A DNA stretch of 51,963 nt from an uncultured Candidatus Saccharibacteria bacterium (GCA_964383705.1 CAYLHJ010000005.1:1-51963), one strand, 5' to 3'. Numbered from the stretch's first letter, positions 19,441 to 28,316 are shown. Notes: generated by a model not told the origin, from the letters alone. A program made the numbers and translations.

Positions 19441-19920
19441 TCAGGGATTAAATTCGCGTCCGCTAGGGCCGGGTTCTTTGTCGTCGAGATGTATCCATTC
19501 CGCACCGTCCCCGTTTCGCTCCATCCTGAGCTTCCACTCTTCGAGCTTCCCTTCTTTGCGGACCTTCGCTTTGAATTCATCACACGTCATCCCCTTCACG
19601 ACGAAGTCTACCGCTCTTCCTACAAGATGGTAAGAACTCATCGGAACCTTAAGCTCGGGAAGACCTTTAGCCTTCCGCTGCTCGTTTATCCGCTTATACA
19701 GCGCAAGGTGATAGCTCATGGTTCGAAGGGCGATCGTTACTATGATAGGAAGCCCTACCCACTCGCGCACCTTGTCGAGCCACTGGAACGTTCGGATCAG
19801 GCTTGCCTTAACCTCTTCTGTTAGCTCCTCGTCGGAGACCGCACGGTTCTCCTCTCGGAGCCAGAGAGCGTCCTTCCAGGTGAAGTACCGGCATCCGGGG
19901 ATCTTCTCTGATAGGTTCAT
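19441..19920 (-). CDS. Peptidase M15 family cell-wall hydrolase (endolysin)
   Basis: 159 aa. Zn-ligand motifs SSYHLVGRAVDF (HxxGxAxD) and AEWIHLD are typical of M15 (VanY/L-Ala-D-Glu peptidase-like) endolysins. Confidence 0.8.
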   Translation of the reverse strand: MNLSEKIPGCRYFTWKDALWLREENRAVSDEELTEEVKASLIRTFQWLDKVREWVGLPIIVTIALRTMSYHLALYKRINEQRKAKGLPELKVPMSSYHLVGRAVDFVVKGMTCDEFKAKVRKEGKLEEWKLRMERNGDGAEWIHLDDKEPGPSGREFNP

Positions 19921-20304
19921 CTAGCACCCAGCTTGACTGGTAGGAACCATCTGGAGGCCGCCCTGAAGGACGGCGATGGAGATAGAGCCGCTCTCGTCAA
20001 CGGTCACGATAAGGTTCTGGCTGATGATGTCTGCCGTCTCGGTGTCGGTCAGCTCGATCTGTATAATCGAGCGATCGTCCGCGAATGGGAACGAAGCGGT
20101 CTTAGATAGGGTGGTACCGTCCGTCTTCAGAAGGTCGACGGTGATGTCGGCGGCGGCGTCTGGGATGTATCGGATCTTCCGGTCAACCTGGACCAGTTGC
20201 AGGATCAGCTTCGCGTCGGAGCCGCGAACTACGCGAGCGTTACCGGTTACCTGCCAGTTATTCAGAGTAGCATCTTCGTTGAGGGCGACTAAAGTCAGCA
20301 GCAT
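19921..20304 (-). CDS. Hypothetical beta-rich protein
   Basis: 127 aa ORF tightly packed between the membrane protein and the endolysin. No TM segment. Confidence 0.55.
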   Translation of the reverse strand: MLLTLVALNEDATLNNWQVTGNARVVRGSDAKLILQLVQVDRKIRYIPDAAADITVDLLKTDGTTLSKTASFPFADDRSIIQIELTDTETADIISQNLIVTVDESGSISIAVLQGGLQMVPTSQAGC

Positions 20305-20305
20305 C

Positions 20306-20698
20306 TTAAACTCCTTTTAGCCACTTAACGAACTCAAGGATACCTGTGGCTGCAGTTCCTATACCGCCTGCCCATAAGATCGCTCGCGTCAGCAGCTTTA
20401 TCGCCCGCTGAGGCTCTTCAACCTTAGCGAAGCGCTTCTCATTATCTTCCACGTGAGCTTCATGAATCTTTCGAAGGGTATTTACGCCGGCTATGTGCTG
20501 ATCGAGAAGTTCGTTCTGACGCTCGTCCTGCTGATGTATGTGCGCCAACTCGTACTCTGTCTTCTGAATGTGAAGGTCTACCTTCTTGTCCAGGTCTGAG
20601 AACGATCGTGATGTCTCTGCACGATGCTCGCGCTGCTCGTCGACCATTCGGGTAAGGATACTTAAGATCTCATCATCTCTAGTTGCCATGAAGCTCAC
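20306..20698 (-). CDS. Tail-anchored coiled-coil membrane protein; holin or lysis-associated candidate
   Basis: 130 aa. GTG start (alternative ATG at codon 4). Long charged helical N-terminus, single C-terminal TM (AILWAGGIGTAATGILEFV). Two genes upstream of the endolysin. Confidence 0.4.
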   Translation of the reverse strand: MSFMATRDDEILSILTRMVDEQREHRAETSRSFSDLDKKVDLHIQKTEYELAHIHQQDERQNELLDQHIAGVNTLRKIHEAHVEDNEKRFAKVEEPQRAIKLLTRAILWAGGIGTAATGILEFVKWLKGV

Positions 20699-20736
20699 AT
20701 CTGGAGGGTTCCGGACCTAAGATCGTCCGTTACCCA

Positions 20737-20746
20737 AGTATAGCAC
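20737..20746 (-). promoter_or_regulatory. Extended -10 promoter candidate, GTGCTATACT on the minus strand
   Basis: TGCTATACT in the 93-nt gap upstream of the lysis block. An identical 10-mer occurs at 28317-28326. Confidence 0.5.
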
Positions 20747-20791
20747 TACGACTTACCCTTTGCATCAAGTTAGACTACTTGAGATTTTTAC

Positions 20792-21157
20792 TCAAGGACT
20801 ACCTAGCGAAGGTTGTACTGGAAACGAGGGGTTGTGCGGATCCTGAGTCTGCTCGGGCAGGTCCCGGAGGGCCTGCCAGTATGCTTGCCACTCGTGATAC
20901 TCCTCGTCGGTTAAGGTCGGAGTCACATTAAGGCTCTGCTGGTCTTGGTGTCTGCAGCGAACCCACTCTGTGGCTCGGATGAGTCGGTCTCGCTTCTTCC
21001 TAAGCGCGGCCCACGCTTGCTCGTCTGTCATTGAGGCCGTCGCGTAGCTGGTAAGCTGCTCCTGCCACACCTCTTCGGGAGTCCCGTCCGGTAAAGATAG
21101 GCTTCCGATCACGTTACCCTCAAAATCTACGATGTCTCGTATCATGCTGTAGTCCAT
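20792..21157 (-). CDS. Tail fibre assembly chaperone
   Basis: 121 aa. LRKKRDRLIRATEWV...EYHEWQAYWQALRDLPEQTQDPHNPSFPVQP matches the Caudo_TAP signature. An alternative ATGA-coupled start lies at 21145. Confidence 0.8.
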   Translation of the reverse strand: MDYSMIRDIVDFEGNVIGSLSLPDGTPEEVWQEQLTSYATASMTDEQAWAALRKKRDRLIRATEWVRCRHQDQQSLNVTPTLTDEEYHEWQAYWQALRDLPEQTQDPHNPSFPVQPSLGSP

Positions 21158-22398
21158 TGCCTGGTTGTGGCCGAGTATGACGCGTAGTGCCCAGTACTTC
21201 CGGCCGCTCCAGCGGCGCCCGCTGTACCCGTTCCGGCTGGCGCTCCTCCTGTCCCGGCAGATCCTCCGGCTACGCTAACGACGCCGAGGGTGACGTCCAA
21301 ACCGATGATGTAAAGGCTTCCACCCCCACCCCCACCACCTCCACCCCCGCCTCCAGAGTTGCCCGACACCCCTACCCCGCCGTTTCCTCCGTTACCACCG
21401 TTTGCAGTGAACCCTACAGAGCTGCTATTCAGGATGGTGCGTGCGAACACGTGTACGACCCCTCCGCCAGACCCACCTGAGCCTCCTGCTGCTGCGGTAG
21501 CAAGCAAAGAGTTCGACCCTCCCGAGCCTCCGGCTCCGCCGTTTCCGCCCTGCTTGAAGAGGCCTTGAGCGTACAGGTGGTTCTCGCGGAGGACGTGCTC
21601 AGGACGGTAGGTTACCGCGCCTCCCGCCGTAGAGGTACCTCCTGCGGTTCCTCCGCCGTTCTGGCCGCCGGCTCCCCCAGCCCCGCCGTTGTTACCGTAT
21701 CCTACTATTGTTGGAACTGCAGGAGCGTTCGCGTTCTGAGCTGCTCCAGCTCCACCTGCCGCACCCTCTCCAACTTCTATCCCCGCCGTAGCAGCTGGAG
21801 CAGAGCCTGGTGTGTTGCCGCTGGCGTTGTTGCCGCTGGCGCCGTCGTTCGAGATCCGAGAAGTTCCAGCAAGGCTCAAAGTCTGCCTGACATGAATCTT
21901 GAAGCCTGCAGTGTTTAGACGTGCAGTTCCTGATAGGGTCAGGTTGTTGTAGTACATCGTGCGGGTAAGGGTGGTGGTTCCAGACGAGAGAGACACATCT
22001 CCGTCGGTACCAGCTCCGAACATGGTCGAGTCTGTGGACGAGCTGTACAGGAGCGTGTATCGCCACGTACCGTTAGACGTAGACGCGTTCTCCAAGAACA
22101 GGAGCACGGAGTACTTGGCTTCAAGGACGAGGAGGATTGAGGAGTCGTTGAGCCGCACGGTCACATCGACCGAAGATTCGTTGATCAGATGGTAGAACTG
22201 ACCTGCGAGACGCGTGGTCGCGTTCCCTAGGTTTATACTAAAGCCTGCGGTGGAGCCCGTCAGCACGAAGACCGACGAACTGGCCACGTCCAGTGTTGAC
22301 GTCGAAGCAGAGGTGGCTACCGAAGTAGCCCCATAACGGAGGTTCGATACGTTCGCGTTGCGCGAGACGACTATGTCACCATAGACTCTACTTGACAT
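21142..22398 (-). CDS. Gly-rich tail fibre protein
   Basis: 418 aa. The C-terminal half is dominated by GGxGG repeats, including a run of 12 Gly. Immediately followed by the fibre assembly chaperone. N-terminal domain is paralogous to 22403-23053. Confidence 0.75.
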   Translation of the reverse strand: MSSRVYGDIVVSRNANVSNLRYGATSVATSASTSTLDVASSSVFVLTGSTAGFSINLGNATTRLAGQFYHLINESSVDVTVRLNDSSILLVLEAKYSVLLFLENASTSNGTWRYTLLYSSSTDSTMFGAGTDGDVSLSSGTTTLTRTMYYNNLTLSGTARLNTAGFKIHVRQTLSLAGTSRISNDGASGNNASGNTPGSAPAATAGIEVGEGAAGGAGAAQNANAPAVPTIVGYGNNGGAGGAGGQNGGGTAGGTSTAGGAVTYRPEHVLRENHLYAQGLFKQGGNGGAGGSGGSNSLLATAAAGGSGGSGGGVVHVFARTILNSSSVGFTANGGNGGNGGVGVSGNSGGGGGGGGGGGGSLYIIGLDVTLGVVSVAGGSAGTGGAPAGTGTAGAAGAAGSTGHYASYSATTRQWTTA

Positions 22399-22402
22399 AT
22401 GG

Positions 22403-23053
22403 TTACTGGATTATGACTCGGCCTCCGAACTCCGCACCATCAGTGATGCGAAGCTCTATGTCTCCGCTTGAGTTAATGCGAAGCCTATCCACGGTAACAT
22501 GCTCGTGGATGCTTCCTCCCACGTCTTCTTGAACTACGACGATAGGATTAGTTCCTTTACCATGGTTGGCGGCAAGCAGGCCCGAAGCCTCCGTGCCGCT
22601 CAAAATTCGGTAACCACCTGACGGCGCCGACCAGGTTCCCGACAAGAAAGTAACAGTAGACCGAGAAGGATCTCCCAGCTCTACGATTTGCCATGATCCT
22701 GCTGCTGTTCCATTATCCACCAATAGGAACGAGTAGAACCTAGACTCAGACGTGGCAACAGGTACCGCGATGGTCTTAAGCGTGCCTGGAGAGACGGCAC
22801 CATCTCTGACGACCAAGCTGTTCGCAGATCCAGAATGACGCACCAAGATCTCCCACCCCAGCGGAAGTGTTGTGGCGTCAGGAAGATCAACGTTGCGGTT
22901 AGCACCGTTTGGATCGAGATTTAGATACTTGTAGTCGTGACGAACTACTACGCGGGCTCCTGATAACGTCTCCGACGACATACCCTCGTCGGAGCGTCGA
23001 TCTACTACCGCTGTTCGTCTAACTCGTAAGTCGCCTTTTATGTCGTGTGCCAT
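22403..23053 (-). CDS. Tail fibre-associated protein (paralogous N-terminal module)
   Basis: 216 aa. N-terminal pattern (GDLRV.R...DLPDATTLPLGWEILV...DNGTAAGSWQ) parallels the 418-aa fibre (GDIVVSR...NLGNATTRLAGQFYHLI...ENASTSNGTWR). Confidence 0.6.
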   Translation of the reverse strand: MAHDIKGDLRVRRTAVVDRRSDEGMSSETLSGARVVVRHDYKYLNLDPNGANRNVDLPDATTLPLGWEILVRHSGSANSLVVRDGAVSPGTLKTIAVPVATSESRFYSFLLVDNGTAAGSWQIVELGDPSRSTVTFLSGTWSAPSGGYRILSGTEASGLLAANHGKGTNPIVVVQEDVGGSIHEHVTVDRLRINSSGDIELRITDGAEFGGRVIIQ

Positions 23054-23062
23054 GCTTGCTCC

Positions 23063-23416
23063 TTATACGTCCACTACTATCTGTCCGGCGAACCTCGCGT
23101 CGGAACTCTGTTGACTGACCTTGATCGTGACGGTGTTTGAGTTCACGATCAGAACTGAGTGAAGGTCCACCTTCTGCGCGGGAGCGCTAGAGTCGTACAC
23201 GCTGATCTCGGGACGAAGCGTGTTCAGGTTATGAACCACAGTGAGAGAATACGTATCTCCACTGTCGCTAGAGATCCAATCTCCTACCAGGAAAGACTGA
23301 GCAAAGTTCTGAGAGTTGGCCGCAGCTGCCTCCAGCAGATCAAGGATCTCGTCTGCCATCTCCAAGCTCTGCATAGTCTGTCTTAGCCGCTGGCGGCTCT
23401 GAGAAGTTACCGACAT
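23063..23416 (-). CDS. Hypothetical fibre-module protein (start revised)
   Basis: The ATG at 23416 lies 1 nt after the upstream stop (TAGcATG). Revised product is 117 aa. Its C-terminal domain resembles the C-terminus of the 216-aa protein. Confidence 0.55.
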   Translation of the reverse strand: MSVTSQSRQRLRQTMQSLEMADEILDLLEAAAANSQNFAQSFLVGDWISSDSGDTYSLTVVHNLNTLRPEISVYDSSAPAQKVDLHSVLIVNSNTVTIKVSQQSSDARFAGQIVVDV

Positions 23417-23417
23417 G

Positions 23418-23960
23418 CTACTCGTCCTTCTTCGTGAGGGTGAGCCACTCGATGTTTCGTCGAGCGTCAAGGTAGCTGTTATATATGCCTAGGCCGTTGA
23501 AAAACACCTTCTGTCGGTACTGCTTGTGGAACCTACGGATCCTGGACGATACGGCAAGGACACGTTTTCCGTCGAGGCAGTCGCCTAGACCTAGCGTAAC
23601 TTCTGAAACGTCTGCGGTAAACGATCCGTCAGCTTGCTGAACTCCTGACACGGACGCGAGCAGCGTCTCGGTCCACACGTTGCTCTCGCTGACTACGAAG
23701 ATGTCGAACACGCAGTCTGCTCCATGGATCAGCTGGTGCCGGTTCTTCCAAAGGAACGCCTTCAGGTGGATGCCGTTACAATCTGCGGAGTCCCACTTGG
23801 CGGCCACAACGGTCTCGTAGACCGGAGGCTTACGATCCTGACGATATACGACCTGGTTGTATGCGGCGCTCGGGGCGATCACAAGGTTATTCGTGGTAGC
23901 CAGCTTCAAAGGCTGAACCCACGGACCGCTCACTGTTGATCTGATTCGCCGAGCTGACAC
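23418..23960 (-). CDS. Hypothetical fibre-module protein
   Basis: 180 aa ORF, tightly packed. Confidence 0.55.
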   Translation of the reverse strand: MSARRIRSTVSGPWVQPLKLATTNNLVIAPSAAYNQVVYRQDRKPPVYETVVAAKWDSADCNGIHLKAFLWKNRHQLIHGADCVFDIFVVSESNVWTETLLASVSGVQQADGSFTADVSEVTLGLGDCLDGKRVLAVSSRIRRFHKQYRQKVFFNGLGIYNSYLDARRNIEWLTLTKKDE

Positions 23961-23963
23961 CTT

Positions 23964-24344
23964 TTACTCTCCCAGGGTGATGCCTATGTATGACGTGCGG
24001 TTCTGACCATCTGCGGTGATGGTCACCTTCACGACGTAGTGGGTTAGGTCTTGGATCGCCAGCGCAGACACGGGTGTCGTGTGAAACAGACCGTTCACGT
24101 CTGCCGCAATGCTAGACTCCGTGATGCCTATCGTTGCGCCGGTCTTGTCGTAGACCGTATAGCTTGCCGGACCGATGCTCGACGTGTAGACCTGCCCGTT
24201 TTTAGCAACCCACAAGCTTCCGCTCAGCTGGTTCGATGCGTTGATAGAGAACACCCCTCGAACGTCGTAGATCGGGTCTGCGACGATAGGCGTGTCGGGT
24301 GTGGCCGTACCTTGCAGTACGTTGTTCTCTACTAGGAAGTCCAT
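23964..24344 (-). CDS. Hypothetical beta-sandwich protein
   Basis: 126 aa ORF, 1-nt overlap with the upstream gene. Confidence 0.55.
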   Translation of the reverse strand: MDFLVENNVLQGTATPDTPIVADPIYDVRGVFSINASNQLSGSLWVAKNGQVYTSSIGPASYTVYDKTGATIGITESSIAADVNGLFHTTPVSALAIQDLTHYVVKVTITADGQNRTSYIGITLGE

Positions 24345-26143
24345 TACGACTCTCTCACGCTAGGACGCACGTCGACACCAGGTGGGACGCTGAACGTATA
24401 GCGAAGCAGGGTACCGACCGTGTTTGGTACGGTACCGAGCGGAAGCCAGCTCACTCCGCCGTTCGTAGAGTACTCGAAGAACCCGGGGTTCGCCGACGTG
24501 TTATGGTTAGCAACCAACGTGTTGGTAAGGTCGTACGCTCGGAAGTAGATCGTAGGAACCACGCTGGAATACGTGCTCTTCAGACGGAAAGTAACCCTTG
24601 ACGGGTTGCCCGTAGACGAATCATCATGTGAGTACTCCCAGTTGTCCGACACCTCGTTGTTTGAGGTGTAAACCAAGAAGCCTTCGTAGAACTGTAAAGG
24701 GATGGTCGATCCGTCGCGCTCAAACCGTGGCATGAGCTTGAACTGGATCTGCTGACCAGGAACGATCGCCGACATGTCCCCGTCGAGAGGCACGGCCGTC
24801 CAGCCACCAGACAGGGATCCGAAGCCTGACGTACGGTAGTATATTCGTGCGAACGAGCGGACGGGAGACGTGAAGCGGAGCGTGTGGTACGAGGCGTTCG
24901 GGGTGTCGACCACCTTCGACACGACGTAGGACGCGTCGTAAACGTCCGCCGACCGCATGTCGAACGCCTGAACGCCGATCTGACCTACGGTACTGCACGT
25001 GGTGAACAGCCACCCGTTGCGGGTCATCGTGCCGGCAAGAGCTACCGAGCCTAGCTCCTGGAACGCTACGGGGATGCCCGTGCGGAACTGCGTGTTGCCG
25101 GAGTTGCCCAGTACCAGGTCGTACGAGTTGTTCACGAACGGCTTGATGAAGAACCGCGAGGTGGCCTGCAAGACGGCTCGGTCCAGAGTGTCAGAGTAGT
25201 GCGCGGTCAGCGGAGTGATGCCGGTGTTCGTGTTGGGAACGTCGAGCACGTTCACCTGCTGAAGGGTCGGCCAAGTTACGGCTCCAGACGTCAGGTCTGA
25301 CACCCTGCCAGAGTGAAGGTTGGTGCTGGTCGGCACGAACAGCGACACGAACCCTGCGTTAGGTCCCGTAATAGGAGTATGAATCGTGAAGTTGTTCAAA
25401 AGTAGGATCGTGCCAGTAATACCAGGCAACGCTCCTGTTTGACTCACGTAAGCGTCTGCTGTGATGCCGCCGGCTAGCACCGTGGTGATGGTGAGAGACC
25501 AGTCGAACACGTAAACCTGAAACGTCGCGGTCGTGCGGTTTCCTACGTAGACTCTGGTTCCAACAAGGTCGATGTCCATGCCCTGCATGGTGGTCAGGTT
25601 GTTGGTGCCACCCGTCTCCTGAAGGAAGTAGACAGCTTTCTGTCCACCAGCGGAAGCGACCGGTAGCGTAGCGAAACCTACCGGTACGAAGTCTGCCAGA
25701 GCGACGTTGTTGAGCATGAACAATCCGCCGTTCTGAGGCTGAGATCCTACGGTTCCCACGAAGATCTTCCACCCCGTGGTTCCGGTGTCCATAGCCTTCA
25801 CCGAGCGTACGGTATGCGTGGTCGCGGGCGAGTTAGGAACCGTGTACGCCAGCTTGCCCACGTAGGTCCAGGCGCCTGTGTTCATGTCGAAGTTGTAGAG
25901 AGCGATCGTACCTAACCCGGCGGCCGGAGCGTTAACTATGAACGCTCTACCGTTGGCCGTAACCTCGATGTGCAAAGGTGTGAGCGCTGCGTTCGTAGTC
26001 ACGTCCGCGAAGGACACCAGCGGCGTGCCTACAGCAAGCTTGCTTGAGAGAGTCTTCTGCGACGCTCGTCCGACTAAGGTCGTCCGCGTCTGATCGTAAG
26101 AAGTTCCTACCGAAGTCTGAAGACCTAGCGCAACGGCTTTCAC
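24344..26143 (-). CDS. Large beta-rich putative receptor-binding / tail fibre protein
   Basis: 599 aa. Thr/Gly/Val-rich composition repeated through the N-terminal two-thirds, which reads as propeller-like beta strands, and a C-terminal jelly-roll-like region. Located in the fibre block. Confidence 0.55.
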   Translation of the reverse strand: MKAVALGLQTSVGTSYDQTRTTLVGRASQKTLSSKLAVGTPLVSFADVTTNAALTPLHIEVTANGRAFIVNAPAAGLGTIALYNFDMNTGAWTYVGKLAYTVPNSPATTHTVRSVKAMDTGTTGWKIFVGTVGSQPQNGGLFMLNNVALADFVPVGFATLPVASAGGQKAVYFLQETGGTNNLTTMQGMDIDLVGTRVYVGNRTTATFQVYVFDWSLTITTVLAGGITADAYVSQTGALPGITGTILLLNNFTIHTPITGPNAGFVSLFVPTSTNLHSGRVSDLTSGAVTWPTLQQVNVLDVPNTNTGITPLTAHYSDTLDRAVLQATSRFFIKPFVNNSYDLVLGNSGNTQFRTGIPVAFQELGSVALAGTMTRNGWLFTTCSTVGQIGVQAFDMRSADVYDASYVVSKVVDTPNASYHTLRFTSPVRSFARIYYRTSGFGSLSGGWTAVPLDGDMSAIVPGQQIQFKLMPRFERDGSTIPLQFYEGFLVYTSNNEVSDNWEYSHDDSSTGNPSRVTFRLKSTYSSVVPTIYFRAYDLTNTLVANHNTSANPGFFEYSTNGGVSWLPLGTVPNTVGTLLRYTFSVPPGVDVRPSVRES

Positions 26144-26144
26144 G

Positions 26145-26396
26145 TTACAGTACCTCTTTTATGATGCTCGGATGAACTGTAGACAGCTCATCAAACAGGG
26201 TCTTAGTTCGCTCGATGTTCTCGGAGTCGAAGTACTTCTCTTCCTGCAAGAAGCGAACGTAGATGTGCCCGTTCTCCACCTTCTCTACGGTTAGGTACCT
26301 ACCCTCTGTGAAAGAAGGTAGGTATCCTGGAACCGCAAGGATCAGGTCACCTGGGTCAACTTCAACTTCTGCTCCAGTCGAGATCCTGACCAACAT
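26145..26396 (-). CDS. Small hypothetical protein
   Basis: 83 aa. The N-terminal motif EVEVDPGDLIL parallels its neighbour's QIDIQPGDWVDL. Confidence 0.5.
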   Translation of the reverse strand: MLVRISTGAEVEVDPGDLILAVPGYLPSFTEGRYLTVEKVENGHIYVRFLQEEKYFDSENIERTKTLFDELSTVHPSIIKEVL

Positions 26397-26399
26397 CGC

Positions 26400-26636
26400 T
26401 TACTCCTCGAACGGAACTTTACGGAAGTTGTCCAAGATGATGCTTGGACTTACCGTAGCTTGCTCGTGTTCGACGCCGTTCCACAAGTTACACCAGATGT
26501 TATCTTCGACGTCGATGTCGATCACCTGGAAGCTGAAACCCCACTGAGGGTCAGCGGTAACGAAGCTAGAGTCCAAGTCCACCCAGTCGCCCGGTTGAAT
26601 GTCAATCTGCTTGCTACCTGAGACGTTGAAAATCAT
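26400..26636 (-). CDS. Small hypothetical protein (start revised)
   Basis: The internal ATG at 26636 has AAGGA 8 nt upstream and lies 12 nt after the upstream stop. Revised product is 78 aa. Confidence 0.5.
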   Translation of the reverse strand: MIFNVSGSKQIDIQPGDWVDLDSSFVTADPQWGFSFQVIDIDVEDNIWCNLWNGVEHEQATVSPSIILDNFRKVPFEE

Positions 26637-26647
26637 TAGACGGTTCC

Positions 26648-27559
26648 TTAAACTAGGGACCACTGCGTTCCGGAGATTACGTACTTAGTCCCTGACAGTA
26701 CGTAGCTCACGCTCTTTCTCGCAGTAAATCCAGGACCTGTACCGATCGTCAGACTTGTATAGTCTATCTGCGTGATCCGTTCGTTGCAAGTACCAAGATC
26801 CACCCGAGTGATAGCCTCTATTCTATCGTGAGCTTCTAAAATTTGGTTCTTTCTATTGTTGACGAACGGGAACTCAGTCCCGCCCGGTGTTCCGTCAATA
26901 GTACCAGAAATCCGAACAGGTTCATCAACTTGGACTGGGCCTATTACCGAAACAGAACCTTCTACTGTGACAGGCTCTTCTATCTGCACAGGTCCAGTGA
27001 TCGATACGCTGCCCTCGACGGTGACCGGCTCCGCGAGGGTCACAGGACCGGAGATGGATACCGACCCCTCCACGGTCACAGGCTCATCGATCTGGACGGA
27101 GCCTTGAACCTCTACCGGAACGGGGGGTTGGTCCAAGGCGAGCACCACCGACGTGGACTCTGCTGCGGCCTTCTGGCCTAGAGACTCAGGGAGTCCTTCG
27201 TCCTTGACGTGCAGGTTGCCGTCTGAGACCTCGGCCTTGTTAGCGCCATCGCTGATACCGACCCGAAGGTCTAACTCGTCGTCGACGCGGTGGGCGTGCT
27301 TGATACCGGTCTTAGTTCCGTCTTCAGTGCCTACCGCTATGGCGTTGTCCGGAGGATCTTTGGTAAACGCGTCTAGGTTGACGGTTACTTCTAGAGACTC
27401 AACGTCTAGGACGGCGGACGTAGGTAGGGGATACGACTCGTCGTACGGTACACCTTCGTCGTCGACCAGCAGGACTCGCCTGGCGGCGGCCTTGTCCTCG
27501 TGCTCACGCTGCTCGATGGTGTTTCGAGACTTGATCTGGTTCTTCGGTATGTTGTCCAC
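26648..27559 (-). CDS. Structural protein with 18-aa tandem repeats (fibre/whisker-like)
   Basis: 303 aa. Three full copies of EPVTVEGSVSI[ST]GPV[TQ][LI][AE] plus partial flanking copies. Confidence 0.6.
   Translation of the reverse strand: MDNIPKNQIKSRNTIEQREHEDKAAARRVLLVDDEGVPYDESYPLPTSAVLDVESLEVTVNLDAFTKDPPDNAIAVGTEDGTKTGIKHAHRVDDELDLRVGISDGANKAEVSDGNLHVKDEGLPESLGQKAAAESTSVVLALDQPPVPVEVQGSVQIDEPVTVEGSVSISGPVTLAEPVTVEGSVSITGPVQIEEPVTVEGSVSVIGPVQVDEPVRISGTIDGTPGGTEFPFVNNRKNQILEAHDRIEAITRVDLGTCNERITQIDYTSLTIGTGPGFTARKSVSYVLSGTKYVISGTQWSLV
26909..27121 (-). repeat. 54-nt (18-aa) in-frame tandem repeat array inside the 303-aa gene
   Basis: Protein repeats span residues about 147-219. Copies are nearly identical at the protein level but diverged at synonymous sites in the DNA. 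Confidence 0.7.
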
Positions 27560-27582
27560 GACAGTACCTTCGTAGACTTAGG

Positions 27583-27975
27583 TTAGTTCTTCAGTACGAC
27601 GACCTGGACGGTAGCGGCGCTGGTCTTAACGACGATCGACTGAGCGTCATCGTCAGACTTCCCAGGGAACATCAACAAGCCCGTGTTCGGCGGGATGGCC
27701 ATGCCGTTAGTGATGTCTGGCGTGCCTGCCGGACAGTCGTTGTCCTTGCCTACGAAGACGAACGCAGTAGCTGCTGCGGTGTTACACACCCAGAGAGGCT
27801 GGTTGTCTTGGATCGCGGTCTTGGTGGTCGACGTGGCGATAATCCGCTCGATGGAGGCGATCACGCCGTTACCGCTTCGCTGGGCGGCCGAATCGTCGTG
27901 ATGCTGCTCGTTCTGGATGGAACCAGGACTACGAGCGGTAGTTCTTAAACCTTGGGTTGGACGTGGGCTCGACAT
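27583..27975 (-). CDS. Hypothetical protein (possible capsid accessory)
   Basis: 130 aa ORF two genes downstream of the MCP. Confidence 0.5.
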   Translation of the reverse strand: MSSPRPTQGLRTTARSPGSIQNEQHHDDSAAQRSGNGVIASIERIIATSTTKTAIQDNQPLWVCNTAAATAFVFVGKDNDCPAGTPDITNGMAIPPNTGLLMFPGKSDDDAQSIVVKTSAATVQVVVLKN

Positions 27976-27986
27976 AAGTTACCTTT

Positions 27987-28292
27987 CTATTCTTCGACGT
28001 TGAACCGGTTATCAGCGCGCTTCGACTCCTGAAGGTTCAGGTGCTCGACCTTGCGCTTGAGCTTCTCGATCTCGTTCCGGAAGAAGAACGTCAGGTCCCG
28101 GTACTTCTTCTCGTTCGAGCGCATGAAGTCCAGCTCCAGATCCTTACCGACTCCGAGCTTATCCTCGAACACAAATACGACGACGGGCTTGTCGTGCTTG
28201 CCGAGCGTCAGCTCGGACCGCAGGTACCTGAGACCATTCATCTCTAGGTAGGGCGCTAGTCCGAGGGTATCCGTCTTGAATTCAGTGATCAT
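27987..28292 (-). CDS. Hypothetical protein (start revised)
   Basis: The track start at 28328 lies inside the promoter/terminator. The ATG at 28292 (MITEFKTD...) gives 101 aa. Confidence 0.55.
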   Translation of the reverse strand: MITEFKTDTLGLAPYLEMNGLRYLRSELTLGKHDKPVVVFVFEDKLGVGKDLELDFMRSNEKKYRDLTFFFRNEIEKLKRKVEHLNLQESKRADNRFNVEE

Positions 28293-28316
28293 TTCCAGCG
28301 GGATCCTTCGCACCTC

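Noticed and set aside
21300-21360. A C-rich tract (ccacccccacccccaccacctccacccccgcctcc) encoding a run of 12 Gly in the fibre gene, considered as a phase-variation (slipped-strand) site.
   Set aside because: The tract is not a perfect homopolymer or a short unit repeat, because the codons alternate among GGT, GGG, GGA and GGC. A 5-nt GGGGT slippage would break the frame. It looks like an ordinary poly-Gly linker.
21142-26143. A diversity-generating retroelement or invertible segment acting on the fibre and RBP genes.
   Set aside because: There is no reverse transcriptase gene, no template/variable repeat pair, and no long inverted repeats flanking the fibre genes in this window. The only recombinase is 10 kb away on the other arm.
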